This document shows positions 50,249-64,000 of a stretch of 64,000 nt of DNA, piece after piece. Source of the stretch: the human T2T-CHM13v2.0 reference genome, Homo sapiens; NCBI RefSeq assembly GCF_009914755.1, contig NC_060945.1. One strand, given 5' to 3'. The position numbers and the translations under genes are program-made. Below the pieces are notes generated by a model that had not been told where the DNA came from, did not search any database, and saw only the letters and a program-made list of their open reading frames with translations. Within the stretch, counting starts at the first letter, position 1. Each line of letters starts with the position of its first letter.

Positions 50249-50378
50249 CCCATTTATGCCAGAGGTTGCAATTTTTTGAATTTTTGCCATCAGACCTTGG
50301 CAATGACCTTGAGCAATAGGATATAAATAACTCCCACATGCTTAGCGTTCCAATAATGGAACACTAGGCATAAATGGG
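50249..50378. mobile_element. MER85 non-autonomous piggyBac MITE, intact
   Basis: TTAA TSDs (50245-50248 / 50379-50382); perfect 12-bp TIRs CCCATTTATGCC / GGCATAAATGGG; internal palindrome GTTCCAATAATGGAAC at 50347-50362. Confidence 0.93.
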
Positions 50379-52309
50379 TTAAGAGGTCCTGCTTAAAGAC
50401 TCATAAACTAAATGTAAAAAAAAAAAAAAAAAGGAAAGGAAGAAGAAATGGAAAGAATGTACACTATAATTGAAAGGGAAGATGCAGGGAAGATGCCTGG
50501 TTTGGAGAAGTGCTCTGCGATGCAAGACTGACTCTAGTTCTTTCAAAAGGTTGCAACTCTTGAACCTTCTAAGTATTTTACCAGTTTAGATCCCTATGGC
50601 AGCCTGGGTCCTATGTTCTTCTCACTCTCTCCAATTTTATTATCACCTAAAAGCACTCAAGTTATTTAAGCATTCTCTGATTTAGGGGCACACAGGGACA
50701 GCTCTCAAGCTTCCAGAAGTTAAATGGAATCCTGCCATTCACATTTAAAAATTAACTTCAAAGAATCATTAAAGTCAGCCAATAATTTAAAATACATGCA
50801 AGAGGAAGAAACAAAGCAGGGCATTTAGCCTTCCAAAAAAGGAAAAGCAAAGTCCTTTTGGATGAGTGAGTGTTGCTTAATTTCAACGCACTGTGCCTTG
50901 CTGCCAACTGTAGAGTTATGTAAGAAACCAGTTATGGTGTTTGCTTTGCCAAATTATCCATAACTCCCAACCTGAAAAGACATAAACGCATGTATTCCAA
51001 AAAAGTGTAGAATACTGAACAATGCAACATGCATCAAACACCAAGGGGAAGTGGTCATCCTGGATGATGCTTCGAGAGGGAATGTGTATGCTTGCAGTCC
51101 TGCATTTTCAGTACAGGGAGCCTTTGTCTGTCCAGCAGGCACATGAAGATTGTGGTGGTGGGCAGGAGAGGCTAAGGGGAAACAGAGGTGAGGGCAGCAG
51201 ACACAGTCCTGCATTCCACTCCTCCAGAGGGGCTTGGAACTTCTCTGATGTTCCCTCCCCCTCTCCAACTCTTTGTCTCCCCCTTTTCTCTTCTCCTGGC
51301 ATGCACCTGGGCAAATTCCATTAAAAGGTGATCAGAAGAGACAGAAGAGGCTAATTTAGACACAAGAGGCTGATTTCACTGTCTTCTTTTCTCTTTTAAA
51401 ATCATGACACAAAGTTCCAGCTCAATTTTGTGGGCAAATCTCAAACATCTCTGTTCATCTGAGACAACAGTGTGGGCTCACCCGAATATACAATTTTGAT
51501 TTCGTTATATGGATGGAAAAAAAAAAAAAGAACGGTGAGGTATTTGAAGATTGTTCAACTGTCTTTGCTCATAGAAATGATAAATCTTTCACTAGATTGC
51601 CCAAAAACATGTAATTCTATATCTGCCTTTGAATTGATCGGTTCTATCTATCTGAATTGAATTTAGTAAACTTGAGCACTTCCATTTTTAGATCAGGAGT
51701 AAGAGCCGGTCAAAATGGTGGCTGCCACTTTGTAGGGAGACTGGAATGCATGTTCTCTGGCAAAAAAATCACTGGTTCACAAATTGTACCAGAGCCCTGG
51801 ATCAGGGGGAGGGCACTTAGGATCTGCCACCTTGGTTTTCCTTGGCTAAAATGTGAGAGGTATGGAGCAGATTTGAGTTTCCAAAGTGCGTCTTGCTGAG
51901 TAGCAGGAATCCTTAGTGGCACTTGGACACTCTGGTTGGCCAACAGGGCAAAGCACAGGGTTTCCTGGGACACCTGTCCCTGTACCCATAGGGTAAGACT
52001 GCCTTATGCTCATATCAATGCCTCCTCATCTGCTTATCTGACAATTCTTGCTAAGAGAGTCTGTCTTTGACTGCATGTCTATTATACGTGAACTTGCATT
52101 TCTAAAGGTCCTATGCAAATGAATTTACTTTATAAATAGTGATTCTCCCCACTGAGAATAAAAACGGATCCAAAGCAAGTATTTAAAAAGCTGACTTTCC
52201 TACTTGTATATTCCTTGTGGTTTTGGAGGCAAGTATATTCCTGATTCTTGCTTGCTGGTTGGATGTCAGTGATCTGAAGAAAGCAGAGCAAGACCCACAG
52301 CAAGACCTC

Positions 52310-52669
52310 TGATATGGTTGGGCTGTGTCCCCACCAAAATCTCAACTTGAATTGTATCTCCCAGAATTCCCACATATTGTGGGAGGGACCCAGGGGGAGG
52401 TAATTGAATCATGGGGGGCCAGTCTTTCCTGTGCTATTCTCGTGATAGTGAATAAGTCTCACGAGATCTGATGGGTTTATCAGGGGTTTTCACTTTTGCT
52501 TTCTCATCATTTTCCCTTGCTGCCGCCATGTAAGAAGTGTCTTTCACCTCCCGCCGTGATTCTGAGGCCTCCCCAGCCATGTGGAACTGTAAGTCCAATT
52601 AAACCTCTTTTTCTTCCCAGTCTTGGGTATGTCTTGTCTTTATCAGCAGTGTGAAAACGGACTAATATA
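52310..52669 (+). mobile_element. THE1 (MaLR) solo LTR
   Basis: tgatatggttgggctgtgtccccacc...gtaattgaatcatgggg...aaacggactaatata. Confidence 0.92.
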
Positions 52670-53164
52670 GTCTCATTAGAGCTCTTGAGAAGCATTCTAA
52701 AACCTGCACTCAACATGATAAAACTGAACCCAGAAGTTAAAGTAAATGAATGTTTTAGTCAACTGAGAGCTTTAGAAGTTTTGCATTTCTTCCACTCACA
52801 CCATAAAAATCATAAATGAGTCTTTTTAACCTGCATTTGCCTCCTCTGGCTCCAAACAGTTTCCATTAGGAAGTTTCCATTTTCAGTGAGGAAAAATTAA
52901 GGTTTATGATGAATTCCATCATTCCCATTACAGCATTCTGAAAGCATCATTAGGATGACTTCAGCACATCCATTATGAACTCTAAGGAGTTGACAACTGC
53001 ACCAAGAATGTGCCCCCTGTGAAGCTGTCTGCAACATGAACTGACCAAAGACAGAAACTGAGTTTTGACTTCCAACACTGAGCAAAAAATGAGGCAACTT
53101 GCAAAGGCTCTCTTGTGAATGAAAATGATGACAGTTACATTTTATTTCAGTTTTTTGCTTCTAA

Positions 53165-53463
<299 letters not shown>

Positions 53464-54473
53464 TAGTTTTACTGTTACTTCACATGTGTAACCATTCCCT
53501 ATAGAATGTGGAGCATTGTTCCCCAGCCTAAGTTACTACACAAAAACAAAACAAAACAAAAAACAACCCCACAAGGGTTTGCTCTCTTCCTCATCTTTAC
53601 CACTTTGTGGTCTAAAAGGCATTATTAACTAAGGAGAAGGTTCTTATTCTCAACTTTTAAGAGGGATTAATATCAAATTCAGAGTTGTGGAGAGGATTCA
53701 TCTAGTGATGGTGGCAAAGTGCCTAGCACAATGCCTGAAACACAGGTGGCGGCTAAAGCACATCAGTTGCCTTTCTATTTCCGATTTCATCGATAAAGAT
53801 ATTGAGGTTCAGAGTGGCACACACTATGTTTAGGAGAGCCGGAACTCACTCTGGGCTTTTCATTGCAGATTCCACGCTTGTTCCAAGGAACTATGCCCGC
53901 CTTGGGCCAATGCCCTGTGGTACTGTAGCTCATTTCCCCATCTCTCTGGGTGGTCCAGGGCACCTTGGATGTCCTCCTATGTGCCCTGCAGGTCCACAGA
54001 AAGTCCTGTAGGTTCTCTATCCCATCCTTCACCGTGCATAGTGCTGCAGGTAGGCAGCCCTCAGCAACTGTAATATCTTCCCAACTGGCCTCGCTTGGCC
54101 GGTGTCTTACCACTCCAACATAATGTGCAAGTCTGACACATAAAAATCCCTGATGCTGACCAAGCTCGGTCACGTTCCTCTCCCGCTGTATAAGCTTCAG
54201 TGATAAGCACTGTTCCTGCTGTAGCCCAGGCAGACTGTTCAAGGTCGTCTTGTGTCTTTCTTGTCACATATCCTGCCAGTGCTGCTCTCACTTTTATGTT
54301 CCTCCAAGACAAATGGCTTATATGCCTCAAAACACACTCCCCTCTTCTCTTCCCCAAGTCTCTGCTCGTGCTCTCCCTCTCCCTGGATTATTCCTCCTTT
54401 CTCCCCTTTCCTTTCCTTCCTTAAGATTGAGTGCAGGCATGTCGTTCTCCAGGAAGCCAACAATGACCCCCCG

Positions 54474-54931
54474 TGTTAAAAAAATATTATTCAATGATGC
54501 CTGCTGAAGCCCGACAAGGCAGACTTTATTCAGGACCACCACGATGGGTATAGAGACCACCACAACCAGGTCTTGCAGTGGGGGCTGGGGGCGGGGGTAG
54601 ATTGAGCTCAACTCCGAATACAGCATGGCCAAGAAGCAGTGTCAGGGTCAGTGGTGGAAAATTACTAAGAGGAGGCATCGGGGTAAAGAGGACTCTGGCT
54701 AAGCTGACCTAATAGGATTCTTGCTGAAGACAGGCCCGGGTGATCAGACATCACCTGACGGATGGTAGAAGATGAAGAACCCAATCAGATATTAAGGGTG
54801 GGGGGGTTCCTGTTAAACTGACTTTGCGGGGTTCTTTGCTAAAACTGGGTTTTATAAGGAAGTGCACAGGTGAGCCTAGGAAAAGGTTCAGAAACCTGAC
54901 CCAAATTTGGCCAAGCAAAAAATGTTTGTCA
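54474..54931 (-). mobile_element. ERV1 LTR, MER31-like
   Basis: Minus-strand start TGACAAACATTTTTTGCTTGGCCAAATTTGGGTCAGG...TGTGCACTTCCTT; TG...CA ends. Confidence 0.7.
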
Positions 54932-55492
54932 CCCCAAACCCACTCATACCCTTGTCCAAGGTTTGTTCAGCACTCTCCAAACTTCCTACGTCTGTCTCCA
55001 GCACCGTGCTCACTTCAGTAGGTGACCACCTATGTGATGACACCCTGGTTCTAAACGGTGAACCTCCTGACGGCTTGAGCCACATCTTATTCCACTTGAT
55101 AGTCCTGGTGCTGGTACAAAATAGTCTCTCAAAAATGCCAGCTAAAGAAACAAACTGATGTCTTTCTTCCTGTCACTGTCATCCACTGCTTCTACTTTGA
55201 TCACATAGAACTAAAAACTAGTTCCTCTTTGACACAAGAGTCATTCATACATTTGACGACAGATGTCATCTCATTCACATATCCATTCATTTGATCAGCA
55301 AATACTGAATAGCCTTTTACATGATAGATATGATTGTAGATACTCTAGAAAAGAATAGATAAATGAAGTGTAAACCCTGCCACTAAGATGAGTAGAACTT
55401 TGGATAGTTTTCCTGGATCTTACTTTCGAACATTGCAAATTCCAGCCCCCCACTGCCCACCTTATCAGTCTCATTTAAACAAATATTTTTAA

Positions 55493-55827
<335 letters not shown>

Positions 55828-56089
55828 CAAAATATACTTAAATAGGATACACTGAGAAAGCTTTTCCTACCTCTGTCCCTGTCCACTCCATTCTCACTCT
55901 GCCTGTTAGGTGTAACCTCATTTTTTTAAACCATTTTTATTATTTTGGGGTTTTTTTAATCAAATAAAAGCAATTATGATTTTATTTCCCCCACTTTAAG
56001 TAAATAAAAGGTAACATGCTATATTTAAACAAAACAAACCTTCAATGACTTCCCTTTGCTCCTGAAGTTGAACCTAAGCCTTCTGGTTC

Positions 56090-56750
56090 ATATTCATTCA
56101 TGCATCCCTCCATTTATTCATTCATTTGTCTAAACACTGTTCTAGGTACTAGGAATTCAAATATGAACAAAACAGACAAAACTCCCCGCCCTCTTGGAGC
56201 TTACATTCCAGATGGGGAAAAAAGACACAAAACAAGATAGATGGGTACAATCCACAGTATGTTTAGACAGCCTTGAGTGTGGGCAACAGAGCAGCGCGGA
56301 GGGGCAGAAAAGCTGGAAAAGTGGTGAAAGCAAGCCCAGCCAGGGAAGGCATCCTTGAGAAGGGGACATGCGAGTGCGTGAGGACCTGAAGCAGGTAGGG
56401 GAGTGAACTGTTGGATGCTGGGGAACAGCATTCTGGCCCAGGGAACAGCAGGTGTGGAGGCCCTGAGGCAGGAGAATCTGGCACGCTGCAAGCCCAGCAA
56501 GGAGGCTCAGGGTGGCTGTGGAGGAGGGTCATGGAGAAAGTGGTTGGGAATGAGGACAAGAGAGACCTTTAGCCATTGGAAGGACCCTGGCTTGTATTCT
56601 ACAGAAGTGGGAGCCATAAGGGGGTTTGAGCAAAGGTTAGCATGGTCTGTTATGACATGATTTCCATATTACAGAAGTACTCTGGTTTCTGTGTTCAGAA
56701 TACAGCGAAGGGGCGAGGGGGAAGCAAGGTACCCATGAGGAGACAGCTGG
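56090..56750 (-). mobile_element. L2 remnant
   Basis: ttcattcat...cactgttctaggtact...gccctcttggagcttacattc L2 3'-end motif. Confidence 0.7.
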
Positions 56751-59700
56751 GGTAGGCAGGGCAGTGGGAGCTTCTTCTCCAACCATGTGTCCATACCTCC
56801 TCCAGGGACCCCCTCTGCAGTACCCACTTTCTAAAGCTCCTCAGCCAGCTCCTCCCTGTCTCATTCCTGCCTGTTGAACTCTTGTTCATCCTTTAAAGCC
56901 TATCATTAAGTCCAATTCCTCCAGGAGCTCCCCCATCCCCCGACTAAGTGTTCTTTCCCTCCTGTAACCTGGTGACTCCCACCTCCCGCTGTCACCATAG
57001 TCTGCTTGGCATCATAGTCATGTTGGGACTTGGCAATCTTCATACTACAACAAAAGCTTCATGAGGACAATGTGGCTTATTCTGCAGCTCCCCAGAGATG
57101 TAGACAAAAGCTTGTGCAAGTCAATGACACCAAAATTCAGAGAACTGCACCAGTGGGGGCTCATCTGATGCAAACCAAGAGCCAGAATTCACCAGGGCAT
57201 CAAAAGGCCATGGCTTCTGGTGTGACAGACTGAAGGGCAGCCTTTGTCTGTGGTTTGAGCAAAGGCCAGGCCATTCATTGTGGTCACAGGAGGTGGTGTA
57301 GGGTTGTGATGACATTTCTCACAGGCCTCAGGGGAAGCGCTGTGCTTGAGGGCCACATGTATGCTCTGTGGGTGTCACATTCCCGGATGTGCTTCCTATG
57401 TCCTTGCTGTGGGGGGCCTAGCAGGATGCCAGGCACTGGCCCGCACCATCACATGGAGACTGGGAGGCCCGACCACATGGACACTGCGGAGGGCCAGGAT
57501 TCTTCTTATGGGTACACTGCAGAGATCTCCAGCACCAACCCCATGACAAGAGGAAGAGCAGAGTCAATTGGATGCATGTCCACCTTAAGGACCTGTCTTT
57601 AGGGCATGTTTCATAAAGTATCCAGCATATAGGAGAATTTGTATAGAATTTACAAATAAAATGCTTTACTGGCAGATGTACTAGAAAATCTTCTACCAAG
57701 GAGGTTCATAATCCAAAACATTTGGAGACCATGTGTTTAGGCAATAGTGTGATTAAATTCCCAGTTTTCTTTAGGCTTTTTCATGATAAGCAAGTGTAAG
57801 AAAGAGAACAGAAGAACATTCTTCTTGATATAGTTAAAGGAATTTCTATTTTTGTTCACTTTTAGGGAAATCAGGAAATGGGCTCAGGAGTGTATTTCTC
57901 TTAGTATTGCTTTCTTACTGGTAAAATTTGCTTGGCCACAGGGAAGTGGTATAAAGCAAAACACATAACCTTTTTTTTTTTTTTGATGGGCTTTGAAGGC
58001 GTTAACCAGAATGCCCTGGAGAAAATACGGGAGGTGCTGGTTCTGCAACTACAGAGAATGACAACTAAGAATTCTAAATCTGAAATAATGAAATTGTTTA
58101 AAAAAACACTTTGAAGTTTAATGAGTATTAATTTTCTGTAAGAAAACACAATAACTGATATTAAACTTCAGCCAGGCACAGTTCTGATACTTTGAAAAAA
58201 AAATAAGAAACGCTGAAGTATCTTTTGATACTTTGCCTGAATTACTACAAGAGAGTTTACAAATATGTATTTCTGGGATAACACAGAACTTTTATTCCTT
58301 AGATAAAAAATCTGAGTGGCTGATTTATGCCAGTGACCAAAATGATGGCTGCAATTATGCCTGCTCTATATTCATGTTGTTAAAGGTGAAAATGCTAAAG
58401 ACTTTTTTTTTAGCAGAATGGTGATCATGATCTGTTAACACAGTAGAAACAAAAAAAAATCCAAGTATAAAGAAAAAAAAAGAATAAAAAAGAAAAGAAA
58501 AAAATAAAATAATTGGGAAAAACAGGGAGGAAGAGTGTGTACAAATGTACATCTTAAGACTGAGGTCACAGTTCATACTAGATTTCATCTTGTTTGTTAA
58601 ATTCCATGTGCGCTCAGAATTCCATTAACTCTTATTCCGTATTGCCTCAATCTTTCCTTAATATGTAAAGGTTAACCACCCCACTGTAACTTCTTGGAAA
58701 CGCACTGCTTGCAATGTTTAAGATGAAAAAATAGCCATAGGCAAATCAAAACTCTACTTAATGACTTGGAGACCAGCAGATGAGGATTAGGGGAGGCAAC
58801 ATTTATTTGGAGATTACTGGGGCCAAAGCCACCCTAATTAATTACCCTTTATTTGTTCTCTCTTTCCAGAGCCACCTTGCTTTAATTACTGACTTTAATT
58901 TCTGCTTTGATGCCATTCTCAGCCAGGGGCACAGCACTGCAGCAGCAAAAACCTGGGGAAGAACAATCACCCAGGAGTGGGCTGGCTGTGGTCACTCAGG
59001 CCCAGGGAACACCAGTGTCTGGTTAGCCCTCATCCCTGCGCTAAGCAGCTTTCACAACCCCACGGCTGGTTCATTCTCAACAAGTCAGTCCTTCACACGC
59101 AAAGTAGGAATTCTACTTTCCAGGGTTAATGCTGCCTGGAAAACCTTTTCCTTCCGCTGCAGCATTCCATACTCTCCTTAGAGGAGATGATTCTCCCAGG
59201 GAGGCTGGCGCAGTGAGGGGTCCAGGCACACACCACGCCGGCACCTGGTGAATAGCTGGCTGAATGTCAGCGGAGGAGTAAAGGTGAGAGGGTCATGGAG
59301 GGAAGGGGAAAAAAATGAGCAAGATCAAAATCTGCAACTCTTCAATAAAGACAGAAAACCCAGTTCTGAATGGCTTCGCTAAAGATCGTTTGTATCCACA
59401 CCCAGTTTCAAAACTCAAGAGGCAGGTCAGAAATGGTTTTCTGTTGTTGGTTTGTTTTTTCTTTTTCACCAAGTGCTGGGAGAAAAGTGAGTTATGTGCT
59501 CTTACCTGCTATTTCCATTACCATACACACACCCTGTTTCCATGTCTGCAGTTGAGAAGTCCCAACAGGGCACTGCAAACGCTTTCTTTCTGCATTTGGC
59601 CTGCATTCTTTGCTGATGACTTAAAAGCCTGATAACAAGTCACACGAGGAAGCATGTCCTGTCATCTTCATGAAGGTCACCAATGATTCAAAACATACTG

Positions 59701-62700
59701 AAGGAACAATAAACTACATACAAAGAACAAGCAAGACCCCACCACAACTTGGATATTATCTCTGTCCACCCAAAGAGAGAACAACTGTGCCAACCTGGTT
59801 CATCAGGAAAATCTAGGTGTTCCCGTCAAGTGACTAAAATGTGGGCACACATCTTTGCACCGAGTATCTGATTCCTAAGAGCTGTTCCCTTTCCACCAGG
59901 CCTAGAATGGCCCAGTTAGTTTTCTCCTGGTGAACTGTAGCACATTAACATTGACGGAAAATTAGTTGTTAATATTGAAAAATTGGGAGGTGTCACACAG
60001 AAATAGAACTTCTGACTTCTTTTTGGTGGTGGTGGCCCGGGGAGATGTGGCCACCCTGGGCCCAGAGCTCCATTTCACTGTGGCCAAGCAGATGCCCCTT
60101 GTTGGGGAACCCATGCTCTTCAAATACCCCAGGCCTCATCACTGTCTGTGGTCTACTCGCCCCTCCACCAATGATGGCTGCTGGCTGACCAGCCCCCAGG
60201 GCATTTCAATTTGTGGCTTAATTTGGTAATTCATCAAAAACAGATTAGTCACCTGCTAGGGCCAGCCATGGTGTGAGGTGCCAGGCGTACAGGCAGAGAA
60301 GTTTACCCAGCTCTGGGGCTCAAGCTGTTCTATGCCTAACAATTTACACCGAATTATACATGGAGAGGGCATGGCCCTCACTCCCACATGGTAATTGTGT
60401 GTGTGTGTGTGTACTTATTTTTTCATCTGGCCCATGTATGGGCACATCACATTCCTATGGGTGACTCCCTGGGCATCTGTGAAATGTTGTCTCCCACTCC
60501 TGAAATTATGCTGTAAATGCCAGGGAATGGTGGTGACATGGTTATAGCGACGATCTTGATTCTGCTCAAACATAAACCACAGTTGGTTTCTTTAGCAATT
60601 ATTAAGAAATGATTGGGCCATGTCAGAGGAAGACAGAGGAAGAATCTGAACTGTAATTCACTTACAGATTTCTACAGAATTAGATCATGATTCATGGAGG
60701 CAAAAAAAGTTTTGTCAGGAATGGCATTCGAAGACACAGAAAAACAATTTGAAAGGAGCCTGAGGTCCAGGTGTTTTCAGAGTGTGGTCTTTAAGATAGT
60801 TTCTTAAAAGATCATTCGGAGAAGAGAGCATTTTAAACTGCTCTTGTACAAATCTATGGTACATTTTATTCCTTATGTTGAAAATGATGGGAAGATTGTG
60901 CCTGTTTCATCCATTTAAGAAACCCTCCCTGTTGGTCCAAGCCACCGTGGGCTCCTCCATCCTGAGGGAGGACACAGCGGCTCTACTGTCCTCTGTAGAG
61001 GTGAAATTATGTGGCACATACTGTGATCAACCACAGCTACCTGCCAACTCCCCAGCCAATTCCCCACCCACTCCCCGCCATGGGTACTGGCCGCTTCCAG
61101 ACTCTAAGACAGAGGTTCTTGCGCAGGGGAGGTTATTAGGACGAGTGGTGGGGAGGGGAAAGGAAACTGGGCAGAGGGAGAGTGAAGCTACCAAGTGGTC
61201 CTAGTGGAAGCCTAGCCGACTCTACAGGGAGCTTTGAGGATGAGACGACCCTTATCGGAGCAGGAGGACCAGGCCTTGATACCCCCACGTTGGTCAGTTC
61301 TGGGAAGGGGCTACCCTGAGAAGGGGGTGGAACTTGGGCAAGGTGGCTTTGCTCTGCCCCAACAGGGCTGACTGTCAAGGGAGGCTGGGAGACAAATTCT
61401 GTTTTTCTGAAGTGACCTGGGGTGTGTCACTGTGACCAGTGCACCGACCAGCTAACCGACCAACCCGCAAGGCCCAAGCTCAAGGAATTAGAAGGCTCCA
61501 GACTTGCACCCTAAGTTAATCATCTGAAGTCTCAGAAATGTGACAGCCTTTAAACTGAACACCACAAAAATGCTGCTTATTCCACTCCAAATCATTAGCT
61601 CATCATCCATGTAAGGAGCTTCAAGAAGAATATCGGTAAGATTAGCGGTAAATTCAAACAGTTTAAACTTTCAGTATAAACCGCATCAACTCAAATCCCG
61701 AATACTGACTCAACAATTTCACTCCTAGGAATTTATTCTAAAGAAATCCTCATGGCTGTGGGCAAACATTAGATGCAAATATGTTCCTGCAAGGCAAATA
61801 AAATATGCAAAAATATAGTTTTATGTAAATAAAATACATCAAGATCCGTGATCAGATAATATACATACTAAATTCATTCAGTAGACTATAGAGCCACTCA
61901 CAGTAAGGTGGTGAAAACTAATGACATGAAAAGATGTTCAAGACTTGCTGTTAGGAGAAAAAAACAGGTTACAAAGCAATGTTTATTGTTCTCATTTTGG
62001 TGAAAAGAAAGAATATGTGTGATAGTATTAGAAGACTCCTGTGTTTTTCTTCTTGATTATTTGGATTTGGATTATTTAGATTCTAGCATGAATTTCCACA
62101 ATGAACACTTATTACTTTTATAATAACAAAAAAGCTTCTCCTTTCCCCTTCCCTCACTAGATGCTATATATCAATGGTCAAGGTAACCGTGGTTAACAGA
62201 CACAATATGTAAGGGTAAAGGTTAGTTGGAGAGAAAATCGACTTTCCCTGTTTTTGTGTAGTGGTTTGGTATCACGGCTTTTAATATTTGCTCTGTATCT
62301 GTTATGCACAATCTCTAAACCTGCTCATTTTAACCCATTAACATTTTGGAGTGCTAGTTATTGAAAGAATCCTATTTCATACCTAGAAACAGGGATTTCA
62401 CCAGAAAATACTGATTTTGTCTTTCTTTGATTACCTCTCCTGCCTGCCATCTTTATCTGGTGAAATTCTCATTTAATCAGTAGTGTTGGCTGAGCCATTC
62501 TCACTGGAGTCAGGGCTGTCTGAGTGCCAGGGGACACTCATCTGAATTGTTTCTTGTCACTGCCATGTCCCTACATCTATTCCTTGCTCACCTGCATTAT
62601 TTTCCCCATTCTTCTTGCAGTCCCAGAATCACATCCAAGCCCCTTTTCTTTCTCCCTGGATGACCCCTTCCTCTGAATCTCCTTTCTAACAAGACTGGAA

Positions 62701-63270
62701 GGTTACGTAATAAACTTCTCCCCATTACAGCATTAATGATGACAGTTGTTTAATATATAAGGCCTTCCCAGAGAATTTGTATTTAATCAGCAAATTCTGG
62801 AGATCAGTCTGCATCTCAAAGGAATGCATTGCTAAGGGGAAAATTCCAGGCAGTAAGTCAGTTACAGGGGAAAATTCTCTGCACAGGTGGGCTCTTCCGG
62901 GGCTGGGTGCTGCCTACGTATTGTTCAAGCACCTACACTGAGCAGATTCTTGCATGGACTGACTGGGATTAAGGGCAGACTTCCAAGAAATCACTCATGT
63001 CTCCATTCATTCAACCACCATTTGTTAAAGATCTCCCACGTGACTTCTCGAACTCCTTGGCTGGGTAAAATTAGCCCTAGTTCTTAGTATTTACCACACT
63101 TTAATTGATTTCCTTCACCGAACTAAGGGTAGACCAAGCCAGAGACCCTGGAACCCTTAAAACCCTTCATAAACATTTGTTGAACAAATGCATGCAGCCA
63201 AGTAACTGACTCTTCCTTAGAGATACAAAGATGAGGAAGGTATGGTTATTCCTTCAAAAAGCTCACAGTG

Positions 63271-63591
<321 letters not shown>

Positions 63592-64000
63592 CTAAGCCAT
63601 GACCAGGTGCTCAGTAGTCTACTAGGGCCTCCAAAAGCCTCAGTTTCTGTCCCTACAGGGGCTTAAGATGGAAGCTTGAGTGATGAGACTGTAGCTCCAG
63701 TGATAATATAAATGATCTCTCTTGTGTGTCACAGACACTCAGAGCTCAGGATACTAGAAGTGGAGCGTAGCAATCAGAAAAGTCTAGCTAGGTATATAAG
63801 AATCCCATCTCAACCTCCAATTGGTCCAGTTACAAAAAGTCCTACAGATGAAGGACTTGAGAATAGGGTTAGGCTTTAAATAAGTGGGAAAAAGATATAC
63901 CTCTGCATTTCCTCATTACTACCTAAAAAGAAAAGGTATAAGGAAAGCTTTCCCCAATCAACCTACACAAGAATCTGCTCAGTGTAGGTGCTTATACTAG

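Overview
Human (primate) genomic DNA, recognisable as the RCAN1/KCNE1 locus on chr21q22; both genes lie on the minus strand. The right part (~39.0-64 kb) holds the 3' half of RCAN1 (DSCR1/calcipressin-1). This includes the complete 197-aa RCAN1.4 isoform (coding exons 49228-49314, 46101-46274, 44063-44222, 40649-40821), its NFAT/AP-1/CRE-rich internal promoter, and a ~1.6-kb 3'UTR with two AATAAA signals. About 4 kb downstream lie the two distal non-coding 5' exons of KCNE1 (~34593-34850 and 33667-33881). Positions 1-33666 are a repeat-dense KCNE1 intron with Alus, a near full-length decayed L1PB-type element, many ERV/MaLR LTRs and nested insertions. No prokaryote-type system (CRISPR, operon) is present, and nearly all listed ORFs are spurious or repeat-derived. 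The most unexplained structure is a ~280-bp-arm, ~89%-identical non-Alu inverted repeat (36511-36787 / 37860-38136) between the RCAN1 poly(A) sites and the KCNE1 promoter. Other points of interest are an intact MER85 piggyBac MITE ~0.9 kb upstream of the RCAN1.4 start, an LTR-supplied splice acceptor for KCNE1 exon 2, and a CpG-rich intronic patch with an open frame in RCAN1. Repeat subfamily names are from visual recognition, not RepeatMasker; repeat boundaries are approximate unless a TSD is given.
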